This document shows positions 19,475 to 28,807 of a stretch of 64,000 nt of DNA, in pieces. The DNA lies in the NCBI GenBank assembly GCA_949432885.1, contig CASQXY010000002.1, positions 98,252 to 162,251 on the forward strand. Direction: 5' to 3'. A model generated the notes under the pieces. The model saw only the letters and a list, made by a program, of their open reading frames with translations, had not been told where the DNA came from and made no database searches. This DNA is from an uncultured bacterium. GTDB taxonomy: Bacteria > Bacillota > Clostridia > Christensenellales > CAG-917. The stretch's first letter is position 1, and every line of letters begins with the position of its first letter. The position numbers were made by a program, and so were the translations under genes.

Positions 19475-20074
19475 ATGACGGACGAAGACAGAAGCCTTAT
19501 CGAGACGGAGGTTGCCGCACATCGGTTGTATAGCGGACGAATCATAAAACTTCGAGTGGACGACATAGCTTTGCCGGACGGCAGACCCGCAAAACGCGAG
19601 TACGTCTGCCACAACGGCGGCGCGGCTATACTCGCCGTGGACGAAGAGAATTATGTATATCTTGTGCGCCAGTTTCGATATCCGTACCGCAAGATTATCT
19701 CCGAAATCCCCGCGGGCAAATTGGAGGAGGGCGAGGAGGCGATAGTCACCGCCGTGCGCGAGCTTGAAGAGGAAACGGGAATGACTGCCGAAAAGGTAAT
19801 CCCGTACGGAGTGCTGTATCCATCTCCCGGATACACCGACGAGCTGTTGCATATATATCTTGCCGTAGGACTGAAAAAGACAGCGGCGCATCTCGACAGC
19901 GACGAGTTTCTCAATGTGCGCCGAGTACCTTTTGCCGAGGTTTTAAACGGCGTACTCAACGGTGAAATTCACGACGCAAAGACCTGCTATGCCGTGCTCC
20001 GATATGCCGCGGAGAACGGATTCAAAGCCGAGAATACAAGCCGCGGCAAAAAGGGGAATAGCTCAATTAATTAG
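19475..20074 (+). CDS. NUDIX hydrolase, ADP-ribose pyrophosphatase-like
   Basis: ORF 19442..20074 (TTG). The ATG at 19475 has a GAGGA RBS. Nudix box GKLEEGEEAIVTAVRELEEETG. Confidence 0.85.
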   Translation: MTDEDRSLIETEVAAHRLYSGRIIKLRVDDIALPDGRPAKREYVCHNGGAAILAVDEENYVYLVRQFRYPYRKIISEIPAGKLEEGEEAIVTAVRELEEETGMTAEKVIPYGVLYPSPGYTDELLHIYLAVGLKKTAAHLDSDEFLNVRRVPFAEVLNGVLNGEIHDAKTCYAVLRYAAENGFKAENTSRGKKGNSSIN

Positions 20075-20090
20075 AATAAAGAGTCTAAAA

Positions 20091-20125
20091 AGACAGAAAC
20101 GGACGTTTATGCGTCCGTTTTGTCT
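20091..20125. terminator. bidirectional terminator (NUDIX / rubrerythrin)
   Basis: AGACAGAAACGGACG-TTTAT-GCGTCCGTTTTGTCT. Confidence 0.75.
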
Positions 20126-20144
20126 ATCTGAATACAGTGTTTAA

Positions 20145-20735
20145 TCAATTCCCGTCATTGAGTTTGAGCATAACAAAGCCCTGCTTGGCTTTGCAGAGAG
20201 GACACATATCCCATGCTTCTTTGCCTTCGGCTTCGTATCCGCAACCCGCGCACTTCCATTTTACGGCGTGAGTTTTTTTGTAGAGCGTGCCCGTGCTAAG
20301 CTGATTGTGCAAATCCTCGAACAGCATTTTATGGCATTCCTCGACGCTTCCTATCATTTTGAAAAGTTCCGCGATTTCGTCGAAACCTTCCTCTCTTGCG
20401 GTCTGTTCAAACGCTTTGTAGATTTTGACTTCCGATTCCTCGTCCTCGGCGGCGAGTTTCAGATTTTCGATGAGATTCCATTTCTCCTTGAAAGGATAAC
20501 CCGAGCAAACGTCGATATTGTCGATGGTCTTGTTGCTTGCCTGCTGTATATAGGTGTAAAGCATGCGCGCATGGTTGAATTCGTTGTATACGACCTTGTC
20601 TATGACCTCGGCAAGAGCATTGTAGCCCTCGTTGCGCGCGCCGTATTCGATAAACTTGTAGCGTGTGTACGCCATGGTTTCGCCCGCGTAGGACTTTGCG
20701 AGATTGAGCAGTGTTTTGCTGTCGATAAGTTTCAT
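20145..20735 (-). CDS. rbr: rubrerythrin
   Basis: 196 aa. Ferritin-like diiron domain (E..E..H pattern: YAGETMAYTRY, NEFNHARM, EDEESE, VEECH) plus C-terminal rubredoxin CAGC...CPLC. Confidence 0.9.
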   Translation of the reverse strand: MKLIDSKTLLNLAKSYAGETMAYTRYKFIEYGARNEGYNALAEVIDKVVYNEFNHARMLYTYIQQASNKTIDNIDVCSGYPFKEKWNLIENLKLAAEDEESEVKIYKAFEQTAREEGFDEIAELFKMIGSVEECHKMLFEDLHNQLSTGTLYKKTHAVKWKCAGCGYEAEGKEAWDMCPLCKAKQGFVMLKLNDGN

Positions 20736-20901
20736 AAAAATTCTCCTTGTGAGTTTTTATAATTATTGCTATCAAGGTTAAAACTTATACTATACCGAAC
20801 GAGATTGCCGTTGATATTTTCAAAATACAAAACGCTTGAAGAGAGCCGAAATCGGTGGTATCATATTAAATACGAAATATATATGCAAGGAGTATATGAA
20901 T

Positions 20902-21714
20902 ATGAGCGAATGCAATCATGACTGCGGTTCCTGTTCGCAGGAGTGCGGCAGCAGAATAACGTACGAAAAACCGCACGAACTCACAAGAGTAAAGCATGTT
21001 ATAGGCGTGGTGAGCGGAAAGGGCGGCGTAGGTAAATCATTGGTGACCTGCTTGCTTGCGCTCGGCGCCGTTAAGGCGGGAAGAAGTGCGGCGATACTAG
21101 ACGCAGACATAACGGGTCCGTCTATTCCGCGTTCCTTCGGAATCAAGGGCGGCATCGAAGGCGACGATACGGGGATATATCCCCGCGCGAGCAAGCTCGG
21201 AATCAAAATGATTTCCTCCAACCTGCTGCTCGAAAACGAGAACGACCCCGTCATTTGGCGCGGACCCGTCATCGCCGGCATGGTCAAGCAGTTCTGGCAG
21301 GAAGTCATATGGGGCGACGTGGACTATATGTTTGTGGATATGCCTCCGGGAACGGGCGACGTGCCTCTGACAGTTTATCAGTCCATAAAGCTGGACGGAA
21401 TCGTCATCGTCACATCGCCGCAGGAGCTCGTCTCTATGATAGTGGAAAAGGCTGTCAAAATGGCGGAAAAGATGAATATCAAAATTTACGGCGTGGTGGA
21501 GAATATGAGCTACCTCAAATGCCCCGACTGCGGAAAGGAAATCGACGTTTTCGGCACGAGCAAGGTGGACGAGGTGGCGACTGATTTCGACCTGAAAGTG
21601 CTGGGAAGACTGCCTATCGACAGGAAAATCGCCCGCGCCGCGGACGGCGGAGATATCGAGAGCTTAATCGACGAGGACTATCTCGCTCTTGCGATAAGGG
21701 AGTTTGAAAGATGA
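20902..21714 (+). CDS. Mrp/ApbC/NBP35-family Fe-S cluster carrier ATPase
   Basis: ORF 20836..21714. The ATG at 20902 lies 9 nt after AAGGAG. N-terminal Cys cluster CNHDCGSCSQEC, deviant Walker A GKGGVGKS, CPDCG motif. Confidence 0.88.
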   Translation: MSECNHDCGSCSQECGSRITYEKPHELTRVKHVIGVVSGKGGVGKSLVTCLLALGAVKAGRSAAILDADITGPSIPRSFGIKGGIEGDDTGIYPRASKLGIKMISSNLLLENENDPVIWRGPVIAGMVKQFWQEVIWGDVDYMFVDMPPGTGDVPLTVYQSIKLDGIVIVTSPQELVSMIVEKAVKMAEKMNIKIYGVVENMSYLKCPDCGKEIDVFGTSKVDEVATDFDLKVLGRLPIDRKIARAADGGDIESLIDEDYLALAIREFER

Positions 21715-22166
21715 CCAAAAGAGAGCTTGCCGAGAGCTATTTCCTAAAAGGCTATACGTGCGCGCAGGCGGTAGTGTTGGCGTTTGCGGATGAAATAGGC
21801 AAAGACGGGAACGCAATAAAAACGCTGGTTAAAGCGGCTTCCTCATTCGGCGGCGGCTTCGGCAGACTGCGTGAAGTTTGCGGCGCGGTGAGCGGTATGG
21901 GTATCGCGGTAGGCGCAATGTTCGGAGTGGATGAGCCCGACAACGCGAAAAAATCCGAGCACTACAAGCTGATACAGCGGCTTGCAGGCGAGTTTCGGGA
22001 ATTGAACGGCAGTATAATCTGCCGCGATTTGCTGGGCGCAAAGATTGCGGCGACAAATCCCGAGCCCGACGTGCGCACTCCCGAGTATTATAAAACCCGT
22101 CCGTGCGCCAAGCTGGTCGGCGACGCTGCAAGTATCTTACAAGCATATTTAGAGGGCTCGGAATGA
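21711..22166 (+). CDS. C_GCAxxG_C_C-family putative redox-active protein
   Basis: 151 aa. YFLKGYTCAQAVVLAF, later ICRDLLG and RPCAKLV match the family's spaced cysteines. ATGA overlap with the upstream gene. Confidence 0.7.
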   Translation: MTKRELAESYFLKGYTCAQAVVLAFADEIGKDGNAIKTLVKAASSFGGGFGRLREVCGAVSGMGIAVGAMFGVDEPDNAKKSEHYKLIQRLAGEFRELNGSIICRDLLGAKIAATNPEPDVRTPEYYKTRPCAKLVGDAASILQAYLEGSE

Positions 22167-22486
22167 GTTTTTACGATATCGTCTACGACGTAGTACGGCA
22201 AATCCCAAAGGGAAGAGTTGCGACGTACGGGCAGATTGCCGTGCTGTGCGGCTCTCCGCGCGCGTCGAGAGCGGTGGGATACGCGTTGCATTTCAACCCC
22301 GACCCCGAGCATATACCCTGCTTCCGTGTGTTGAACAGATTCGGGGCTTGCGCGCCCGCGTTTGCGTTCGGCGGCAAGGAGGTGCAGGCGAGACTGCTGA
22401 AAGCCGACGGAGTAGAGGTAAGTGAGGATTTCATCGTGGATTTGGACAAATTCAGATGGAATCCGTTTTCGGATTCTGAGGAGTGA
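22163..22486 (+). CDS. MGMT/ATL-family DNA-binding domain protein (variant PCFRV active-site motif)
   Basis: Real start is the ATG at 22163, overlapping the upstream TGA. GRVATYGQIA...RAVGYAL...IPCFRVLN corresponds to the O6-alkylguanine transferase C-terminal domain, with Phe in place of the usual His of PCHRV. Confidence 0.8.
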   Translation: MSFYDIVYDVVRQIPKGRVATYGQIAVLCGSPRASRAVGYALHFNPDPEHIPCFRVLNRFGACAPAFAFGGKEVQARLLKADGVEVSEDFIVDLDKFRWNPFSDSEE

Positions 22487-22489
22487 TTT

Positions 22490-23164
22490 ATGGAGCTTGC
22501 CGCTCTCAGACACAAATCTCCCGATTTCGGGAAGCTGACGGAGTTCGGATTTGTTGCCGATAACGAGGTGTATACCTATCGTACTCAAATCGTCGACGGG
22601 CAGTTTGAAATGACCGTCCGTATAAACGGCGAAAGAGAGGTGGACGTTTGCCTCGTCGACCGCGCTACGGACGAGCTGTACACTTTGCATTTGGTCGAGG
22701 GCGCTACGGGCGCTTTTGTGGGGCGCGTGCGTTCGGAATTCGACGATGTGCTTCGGCGTATAGCAGATAGCTGTTTCAAGCGCGACGTCTTCAAGGAAAT
22801 ACAGGCGAAGCAGATCATAAGCTACATATCCGATAAATACGGCGACGAGTTGGAATTTTTATGGGAAAAGCTCCCGACTGGCGCGATATGGCGCAGGAAG
22901 GACAACCGCAAATGGTACGGCATACTCATGATAATCTCCAAGCGCAAGCTGGGACTTGACAGTGACGAGCTCATATCCGTCATAGATCTGAGGCTTGACC
23001 CCGAGCAGAGTATTGCGGACGGCAAGAGATATTTTGCGGGTTATCATATGAACAAGCGCACTTGGTTTACAATATGCCTCGACGGCTCCGTCCCGACTGA
23101 GGAGATATGCGGATACATTGACAAAAGCTACATGCTCGCATTTCCCAAAAAAATCAAAAAATGA
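22490..23164 (+). CDS. MmcQ/YjbR-family protein with N-terminal extension
   Basis: 224 aa. The C-terminal half (EFLWEKLPTGAIWRRKDNRKWYGILM...YHMNKRTWFTICLDGS) resembles the YjbR/MmcQ fold family. Confidence 0.7.
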   Translation: MELAALRHKSPDFGKLTEFGFVADNEVYTYRTQIVDGQFEMTVRINGEREVDVCLVDRATDELYTLHLVEGATGAFVGRVRSEFDDVLRRIADSCFKRDVFKEIQAKQIISYISDKYGDELEFLWEKLPTGAIWRRKDNRKWYGILMIISKRKLGLDSDELISVIDLRLDPEQSIADGKRYFAGYHMNKRTWFTICLDGSVPTEEICGYIDKSYMLAFPKKIKK

Positions 23165-23191
23165 GACGATTATCAAATTTATTATTAACAT

Positions 23192-23256
23192 AAAAACGGA
23201 GCTACGCTCCGTTTTTTAACAGAAAGAGCGGAGGATGTCCTCCGCTCCTGTTTTTT
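23192..23256. terminator. two tandem hairpins between convergent genes
   Basis: AAAAACGGAGC-TAC-GCTCCGTTTTTT, then GAGCGGAGG-ATGT-CCTCCGCTC followed by a T-run. Confidence 0.75.
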
Positions 23257-23305
23257 ATAGTACAGAACACTTTGTATTCAACTTATAACAATTATCGTTC
23301 TAACG

Positions 23306-25048
23306 TCACTCGGCGAGGGATTTCATGTATGCAAGGTATCTGTCGGCAAGCTCCGTCGCTTCCTGCTTTGTGTTTTTGGACGTTGCGACGTAAAATTTCA
23401 GCTTTGGCTCGGTGCCGCTAGGGCGAACGCAAATCCAGTCTCCGTTTTCGAGATGAAGTTTGAGCGCGTTGGTCTTCGGGAGCGCGATATTCTCCTTTCT
23501 GCCGTCGGCGTCAGTCTTCACGCGCGATACGAAATCGCTCACCGCAAGCACCTTCGTGCCTGCGATATCCGAATAAGTCCTTTCGCGCAGAGAGAGCATA
23601 ATTTTTTTCATCTTTTCCATGCCGTCCAGTCCGCCGAAGGTCACGGACAGCGCCTTTTCCACAAAATAACCGTATTTTTCATACAGCCCCTGCAATACGC
23701 CGTAAACGCTTTCGCCCACAGAGTCGAGATAGCAGACCATTTCCGCAAACATCATGCTTGCCACGACCGCGTCCTTATCGCGCGCGTGAGTACCGACCAG
23801 CGAACCGTAGCTCTCTTCAAAGCCGAACAGATAGGTGTATTCGCCGCTCTGTTCCCACTCCTTGATTTTTTCGCCTATAAACTTAAAGCCCGTAAGTACG
23901 TCGAAGGTGGCGACTCCGTAATCGTCCGCAATTTTGCGCGCAAGCTCGGTTGTCACTATGGTCTTGACTGCCGCGCCGTTTTTGGGAAGTGCGCCGCTTT
24001 CGCGCATACGGCGGAGAATGTAATTCAGAAGAAGTACGCCTATCTGATTGCCGTTGAGCAGAACGAATTGACCGTTGCCGTCGCGTATCGCTATGCCCAT
24101 ACGGTCGGCGTCGGGGTCCGTGCCTATTACGATATCGCTTCCGATGCGGTCTGCCAGCGCGACTCCCAGTCTCAGCGTATCCGCCTCTTCGGGGTTGGGA
24201 ACGCGGACTGTGGAAAACTCCGTATCGGGAGCCGCCTGCTCCTCGACGACGTTTACCTTTATGCCCATTCTGCCCAGAATGGAGGTGACGGGCATATAGC
24301 CGCTTCCATGTATGGGCGTATAGACGAGGCGCACGTTCGCGCCGTGGGATTTAACTGCCTCGGGTGATAAGGACAGCTTGCTTATTTCATCGAAATACGC
24401 GTCGTCCACGCTCTTTCCGATTACGGTGATATTATCGTCGATTCGCTGGTTGTCAAGCCCCTTTATGCGCTTTGCGCAAAGCTCCGCGTTTGCGGTTTTA
24501 ATTCCGAAATACGGGGTTTTATCTATAAATTCGACCACTTTATCTGTTGATTCGGGCGACATTTGTGCGCCGTCATCGCCGTAAAACTTGTAGCCGTTGT
24601 ATATCTTAGGATTGTGAGACGCAGTAATCATAATGCCTGCGATTGCGTTAAGGTGACGTATTGCAAACGAACAGATTGGGACGGGACGGACGAACTCGTA
24701 AAGATACGCCTTTATGCCGTTTGCCGACAGCACCTTTGCGGCTTCTATTGCAAACTCGCTCGAATACTTCCTCGTATCGTAGGAGATGACCACTCCGCGT
24801 TTTGCCGCCTCTTCACCCAGCGTGTTTATGTAGTCCGCAAGCCCCTTGGTCGCGCGGCGGACGGTGAAAACGTTCATTCTGTTTATGCCAACGTCAAGCA
24901 CACCGCGCATTCCCGCAGTCCCGAAGGCGAGGGGAGCGTAAAACGCTTCCTTCTTTTCTTCTTCGCTTAGCTCGGCAAGTCTTTGCTTATCTTCTGCCGA
25001 GACCTCGTCGCTTGCGAGCCATTCCTCATATCTGCTTTGATAATCCAT
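23306..25048 (-). CDS. phosphoglucomutase/phosphomannomutase family protein
   Basis: 580 aa. Active-site TASHNPKIYNGYK, metal loop GTDPDADR, GFEESYG sugar-binding loop. Confidence 0.92.
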   Translation of the reverse strand: MDYQSRYEEWLASDEVSAEDKQRLAELSEEEKKEAFYAPLAFGTAGMRGVLDVGINRMNVFTVRRATKGLADYINTLGEEAAKRGVVISYDTRKYSSEFAIEAAKVLSANGIKAYLYEFVRPVPICSFAIRHLNAIAGIMITASHNPKIYNGYKFYGDDGAQMSPESTDKVVEFIDKTPYFGIKTANAELCAKRIKGLDNQRIDDNITVIGKSVDDAYFDEISKLSLSPEAVKSHGANVRLVYTPIHGSGYMPVTSILGRMGIKVNVVEEQAAPDTEFSTVRVPNPEEADTLRLGVALADRIGSDIVIGTDPDADRMGIAIRDGNGQFVLLNGNQIGVLLLNYILRRMRESGALPKNGAAVKTIVTTELARKIADDYGVATFDVLTGFKFIGEKIKEWEQSGEYTYLFGFEESYGSLVGTHARDKDAVVASMMFAEMVCYLDSVGESVYGVLQGLYEKYGYFVEKALSVTFGGLDGMEKMKKIMLSLRERTYSDIAGTKVLAVSDFVSRVKTDADGRKENIALPKTNALKLHLENGDWICVRPSGTEPKLKFYVATSKNTKQEATELADRYLAYMKSLAE

Positions 25049-25122
25049 AAGAAATCTCCTTGGAATTTTAATACATAATTATTATATATTACGGATTTTA
25101 TAATTTCAATAGTAAATAAATC

Positions 25123-25154
25123 CGAAAAGACCGCGACGGTAAACAGTCGCGGTC
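25123..25154 (-). terminator. intrinsic terminator of the VanW-like gene
   Basis: Minus strand: GACCGCGAC-TGTTTACC-GTCGCGGTC followed by TTTTCGG. Confidence 0.7.
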
Positions 25155-25183
25155 GGATATGATTTCGGTTGATTACTTGAAAG

Positions 25184-26026
25184 CTATTGCTGCGGCTCGG
25201 CGGGAGCTATGTCGGGATTTGTGCCTTTGAGAATGATTCGCTTTTGGGGCAGATAGGTGTCTCTGCGTATAAGCACGGAGTTTATCAGCTTTCCGTCCTC
25301 GAAAAAATCAAGATATCCTTCCGATTTCAGACCGTCCTTGCCGTAGGCGTCGATTTTCTCTTCGCCGAGGGGCAGGGTGTCGTCGTCTTTATATTCCGTC
25401 TCGAAGGGCAGAACCTCGACGGTCTCCGAGCGGCGGCGCACGCTCACCGTATCGAAGCCGTACATTTCCGCTCTTATATACTTTCCGTCCGTCTTGACTT
25501 TGAGCGTAATGGGACCCGAGAGCGTATTTACAAAGCAAAAATCGTTTTCGGAGGACACCATAGCGTCAAAGGAGGGCGCTACGTAGCTTACGGGCAGAGA
25601 ATGCGGCCTTACATGCGAAATGGTAAGTCCCGATAGCAGAGCGCAGTTGTATACGGTGCTTGATACCTGACACACTCCGCCGCCTATGCCTTCCACAAAT
25701 GCGCCGTCCTGAATGATAAGCGCGTTCTTGAAGCCGTTCGCCTCTGTGCGTCTTCCTACGGTGTCGTTAAATGAAAATTCGTCCTCGGGATAGAGAATTG
25801 TTCCGTCGATTTTACGCGCGGCGAGCTCTATGTTGTATTTTCTGCTTTCGGAGCTTTCGCCGTAATAAGTTGTGAAATGCGCCATAAGTTTACTTTCGTG
25901 CGCATTCGCTATATCCGCGCCGTATTTTTCGGTCATTCCCAATACCCCCGAAGCGGCTGTCGCGGCGAGCGCGATAAGTATAAACAGCCGCAGCTTAAAC
26001 ACTCTTATTGTAGCCTTTCGTTTCAT
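25184..26026 (-). CDS. VanW-family protein
   Basis: Real start is the ATG at 26026 (MKRKATIRVFKLRLFILIALAATAASG signal anchor) inside the chimeric ORF 25184..26584. VanW core FSFNDTVGRRTEANGFKNALII...GGGVCQVSSTVYN. Confidence 0.85.
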   Translation of the reverse strand: MKRKATIRVFKLRLFILIALAATAASGVLGMTEKYGADIANAHESKLMAHFTTYYGESSESRKYNIELAARKIDGTILYPEDEFSFNDTVGRRTEANGFKNALIIQDGAFVEGIGGGVCQVSSTVYNCALLSGLTISHVRPHSLPVSYVAPSFDAMVSSENDFCFVNTLSGPITLKVKTDGKYIRAEMYGFDTVSVRRRSETVEVLPFETEYKDDDTLPLGEEKIDAYGKDGLKSEGYLDFFEDGKLINSVLIRRDTYLPQKRIILKGTNPDIAPAEPQQ

Positions 26027-26072
26027 AGATATAGTATGAGTTAAAATATAAAAAAGTTGAATATGCTTTATT

Positions 26073-26960
26073 ATGAATACGTTGATTTTGGTTATATCCG
26101 TCGTCGCAGGCGTGGTCGGCACGGGGTTGGGCGGTATATTCGGAGCATTGCTGAAAAACAGGGACGCGAAGGTTATGGGTAAGGTTCTCGGCTTTGCGGG
26201 CGGAGTTATGATAGGCGTCGTCGCGTTTGAAATGATTCCCGAGGCGGCGGAAGGCGCGTTTATGCTCGGCAAAATTGAGGGAATATCGGTCGTCGTGGCG
26301 TCTCTGATCTCAGGTATAGCGGCGGTTTTCTTTATTAACAGACTTTTGGACTTCATAGAGCACAAAAAGCATAAGACGGATGACGACGCGTACAGAGCGC
26401 TCGCCGTCGTGCAGGCGCACGCGGGATGCGGCCGCAAATACGGCGCAAAAGCCGAGGTGTGCGGAGGCAAATCCCAAAACTCCTCCAAACCGAACGGATT
26501 GTATTCGGCAAACAGAAGAGAGCTTTTGAAGGCAGGCACAGTCATGCTTATAGCGATTGCTTTGCACAATTTCCCCGAAGGCATGGCAATCGGAGCGTCG
26601 GGCGCCGCGCAGGTTCAGACGGGCGTGCTCGTAGCCATTATTATTGCGGTGCACAATATACCCGAGGGCATGGCGATAGCCGCTCCCCTCGTAGGCGGCG
26701 GAGTGAACGGAGGCAAGGCGGTTGCGCTTACAGCGCTTGCCGGCGGAGCAACGGTGGTCGGCGCTCTTATCGGGCTTGCCGTCGGGGGCTTGGGAGATAT
26801 AGCGACGGGCGTGTGCCTTTCGCTTGCGAGCGGAGCTATGCTGTACGTCACCTTCTGCGACATAATTCCGCAGTCGGTTTCGCTCAACGGAGGCAGAGTG
26901 TCTTCCGCAAGTTTCATAACGGGGATTATCTTTTCCGTTATTTTCGTATTTGCGTTCTAA
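26073..26960 (+). CDS. ZIP-family divalent metal (zinc) transporter
   Basis: 295 aa, polytopic. Paired HNFPEGMAIG / HNIPEGMAIAAP motifs. Cytoplasmic loop rich in His/Cys/Asp. Confidence 0.88.
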   Translation: MNTLILVISVVAGVVGTGLGGIFGALLKNRDAKVMGKVLGFAGGVMIGVVAFEMIPEAAEGAFMLGKIEGISVVVASLISGIAAVFFINRLLDFIEHKKHKTDDDAYRALAVVQAHAGCGRKYGAKAEVCGGKSQNSSKPNGLYSANRRELLKAGTVMLIAIALHNFPEGMAIGASGAAQVQTGVLVAIIIAVHNIPEGMAIAAPLVGGGVNGGKAVALTALAGGATVVGALIGLAVGGLGDIATGVCLSLASGAMLYVTFCDIIPQSVSLNGGRVSSASFITGIIFSVIFVFAF

Positions 26961-26991
26961 GTACGATTTTGACAAGCATAATTTTATTTTT

Positions 26992-27025
26992 ATTGTCAAC
27001 CTAAAATATAAATATGGTTGACAAT
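26992..27025. promoter_or_regulatory. BirA operator (perfect inverted repeat)
   Basis: ATTGTCAACC (26992-27001), a 14-nt AT-only spacer, then GGTTGACAAT (27016-27025). It lies 40 nt upstream of birA-bioY. The architecture matches BirA operators: TGT.AAC-type half sites with an AT-rich spacer of about 14-16 bp. Confidence 0.8.
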
Positions 27026-27064
27026 ATATTTTTGCGCGGCGTATAATGCACGCGAGGTATAAGC

Positions 27065-28021
27065 ATGAAAACAAAAGAAAAGGTTTTGAAAGCGCTCGAA
27101 GAAAACCGCGGCGGTTACGTCTCGGGGGCGGAGCTCGCAGATATGCTCGGCGTGAGCAGAACCGCGGTTTGGAAGGGAATATCCGCGCTTAAAGCGGCGG
27201 GGGTGAAAATATATTCGCTGACGGGCAGCGGTTATATGCTCCCCATCGACGCGGATACGTTAAGCGAGCATGGCATTGCAAAATATCTGACCGAAGACGG
27301 AATATCATTTCGCATATACGATTGCGTGGATTCCACAAATAACGTGGCAAAGAGGCTCGCGGCGGAGGGATGCGAAGAGGGTGTCGTCGTCATCGCGCAT
27401 ACGCAGAGCGGCGGAAAGGGAAGACAAGGCAGAAAATTCTGCTCGCCGCCCGAGGCGGGCGTATATATGACGGCCGTACTAAGACCGGAAGCGAAAAAAG
27501 TGTCTATGCTCACCGTGCTCGCGGCGGTCGCCGTCGCGGAGGGTATAGAAAACGCGGGCGGTAAGTCCGCAAGCATTAAGTGGGTGAACGACGTGTTTAC
27601 CGACGGCAGAAAATGCTGCGGAATACTCACCGAAGCCGTCGCCGACCTCGAATCGGGCGGAGTGGAGTACGCCGTAGTGGGCATCGGAGTGAACGTAACA
27701 GAACCTAACGGCGGTTTTGATAAATCCATAAAAGACGTGGCTTCCGCCGCCTGCGAGGGAGTGCCCGACGCGCGCAATAAAGTCGCCGCCGAGGTGTTGA
27801 ACGCGTTTTTTGCGCGCTATCGCAATTTCGACAAATCGGAGATAGCGGCGGAATACAAAAGGCGCTCCTTCCTCATCGGAAGAAGCATAACCGTTGTCAA
27901 ATCGGACAGCGAAATTCCCGCCGTCGTGAGGGATATCGACGGCGATTGCAGGCTTGCGGTCGAATACGAGGACGGAAACACGGAGCTTCTCAACGCAGGG
28001 GAGGTCAGACTGAAATTATGA
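27065..28021 (+). CDS. birA: bifunctional biotin-[acetyl-CoA-carboxylase] ligase / biotin operon repressor
   Basis: 318 aa. N-terminal wHTH (GGYVSGAELADMLGVSRTAVWKGISALK). Ligase motifs GGKGRQGRKF and KWVNDV. Confidence 0.92.
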   Translation: MKTKEKVLKALEENRGGYVSGAELADMLGVSRTAVWKGISALKAAGVKIYSLTGSGYMLPIDADTLSEHGIAKYLTEDGISFRIYDCVDSTNNVAKRLAAEGCEEGVVVIAHTQSGGKGRQGRKFCSPPEAGVYMTAVLRPEAKKVSMLTVLAAVAVAEGIENAGGKSASIKWVNDVFTDGRKCCGILTEAVADLESGGVEYAVVGIGVNVTEPNGGFDKSIKDVASAACEGVPDARNKVAAEVLNAFFARYRNFDKSEIAAEYKRRSFLIGRSITVVKSDSEIPAVVRDIDGDCRLAVEYEDGNTELLNAGEVRLKL

Positions 28022-28680
28022 CGTATTCCAAACGCGCGCCGGGGCTTCAAAGAAAAAGAGGTCGCACTCTGCGACTGGTGCTGATTGCGATATTCGTCGC
28101 GCTTATCGCAGTGGGGGCGTTTATCAAATTCCCCGTTGGGATAGTGCCCGTTTCCATGCAGTGCGCTGTGTGCATACTCTGCGCGCTGTTGCTGGGAGCA
28201 AGGGACGCTACGATAGCCGTGGCGATATACCTCGTCATGGGGCTTGTGGGAATCCCGATATTCACTGCGGGCGGCGGCTTCGGCTACGTTTTGCAGCCCA
28301 CGTTCGGTTATCTGCTCGGATATATTGTAGCTCTGCCGATCGGCGCGCTTATTGCGCGAGGCGTAAAAAATACCTCCCGTCCAAAGCTTTGGCGACTTAT
28401 TTTGGGCGCGTTTACCGCGCTCGCTATCGTATACACATTCGGAGTGCTGTATATGTATCTTATGTTAAATTTTTATATGGGCAAGGCGCTCGAAATGTCC
28501 AAGGCGTGGCTTACGGGCTGTGCGGTGTTTTTGCCTACGGACTGCTGTTGGTGCGTGGTTGGCGCGCTTATCTCGCACAGAGTCGTACCTCTTGTGTTCC
28601 GTAAATACGACGGCATGTACGGAATATCCGCCGAGCTCTGCGGCGAGGAGTACTCGCGCGGCGCAAGCGGCGAGGAATAA
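28018..28680 (+). CDS. bioY: biotin ECF-transporter S component BioY
   Basis: Real start is the ATG at 28018, overlapping the birA TGA. Hydrophobic. FIKFPVGIVPVSMQ, GGFGYVLQPTFGYLLGY are typical of BioY. Confidence 0.9.
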   Translation: MTYSKRAPGLQRKRGRTLRLVLIAIFVALIAVGAFIKFPVGIVPVSMQCAVCILCALLLGARDATIAVAIYLVMGLVGIPIFTAGGGFGYVLQPTFGYLLGYIVALPIGALIARGVKNTSRPKLWRLILGAFTALAIVYTFGVLYMYLMLNFYMGKALEMSKAWLTGCAVFLPTDCCWCVVGALISHRVVPLVFRKYDGMYGISAELCGEEYSRGASGEE

Positions 28681-28706
28681 AATCTTTTGCATAAAACTTA
28701 TTTTAA

Positions 28707-28743
28707 TGTACAAAATCCGCGGATAAACTGCGGATTTTGTACA
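28707..28743. terminator. bidirectional intrinsic terminator after bioY
   Basis: TGTACAAAATCCGC (28707-28720), 9-nt loop, GCGGATTTTGTACA (28730-28743). Confidence 0.8.
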
Positions 28744-28807
28744 TTAAACAAATATTCTTAGTATTTAACTCAAAATGTTTATTTGCGAAATCTTTCTTCC
28801 TAAGTCA

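Noticed and set aside
26027-26584. N-terminal extension of the 466-aa ORF 25184..26584.
   Set aside because: The extension overlaps the ZIP transporter gene on the other strand and is Ala/Pro/Ser-rich nonsense. VanW homology and a signal anchor begin at the internal ATG at 26026.
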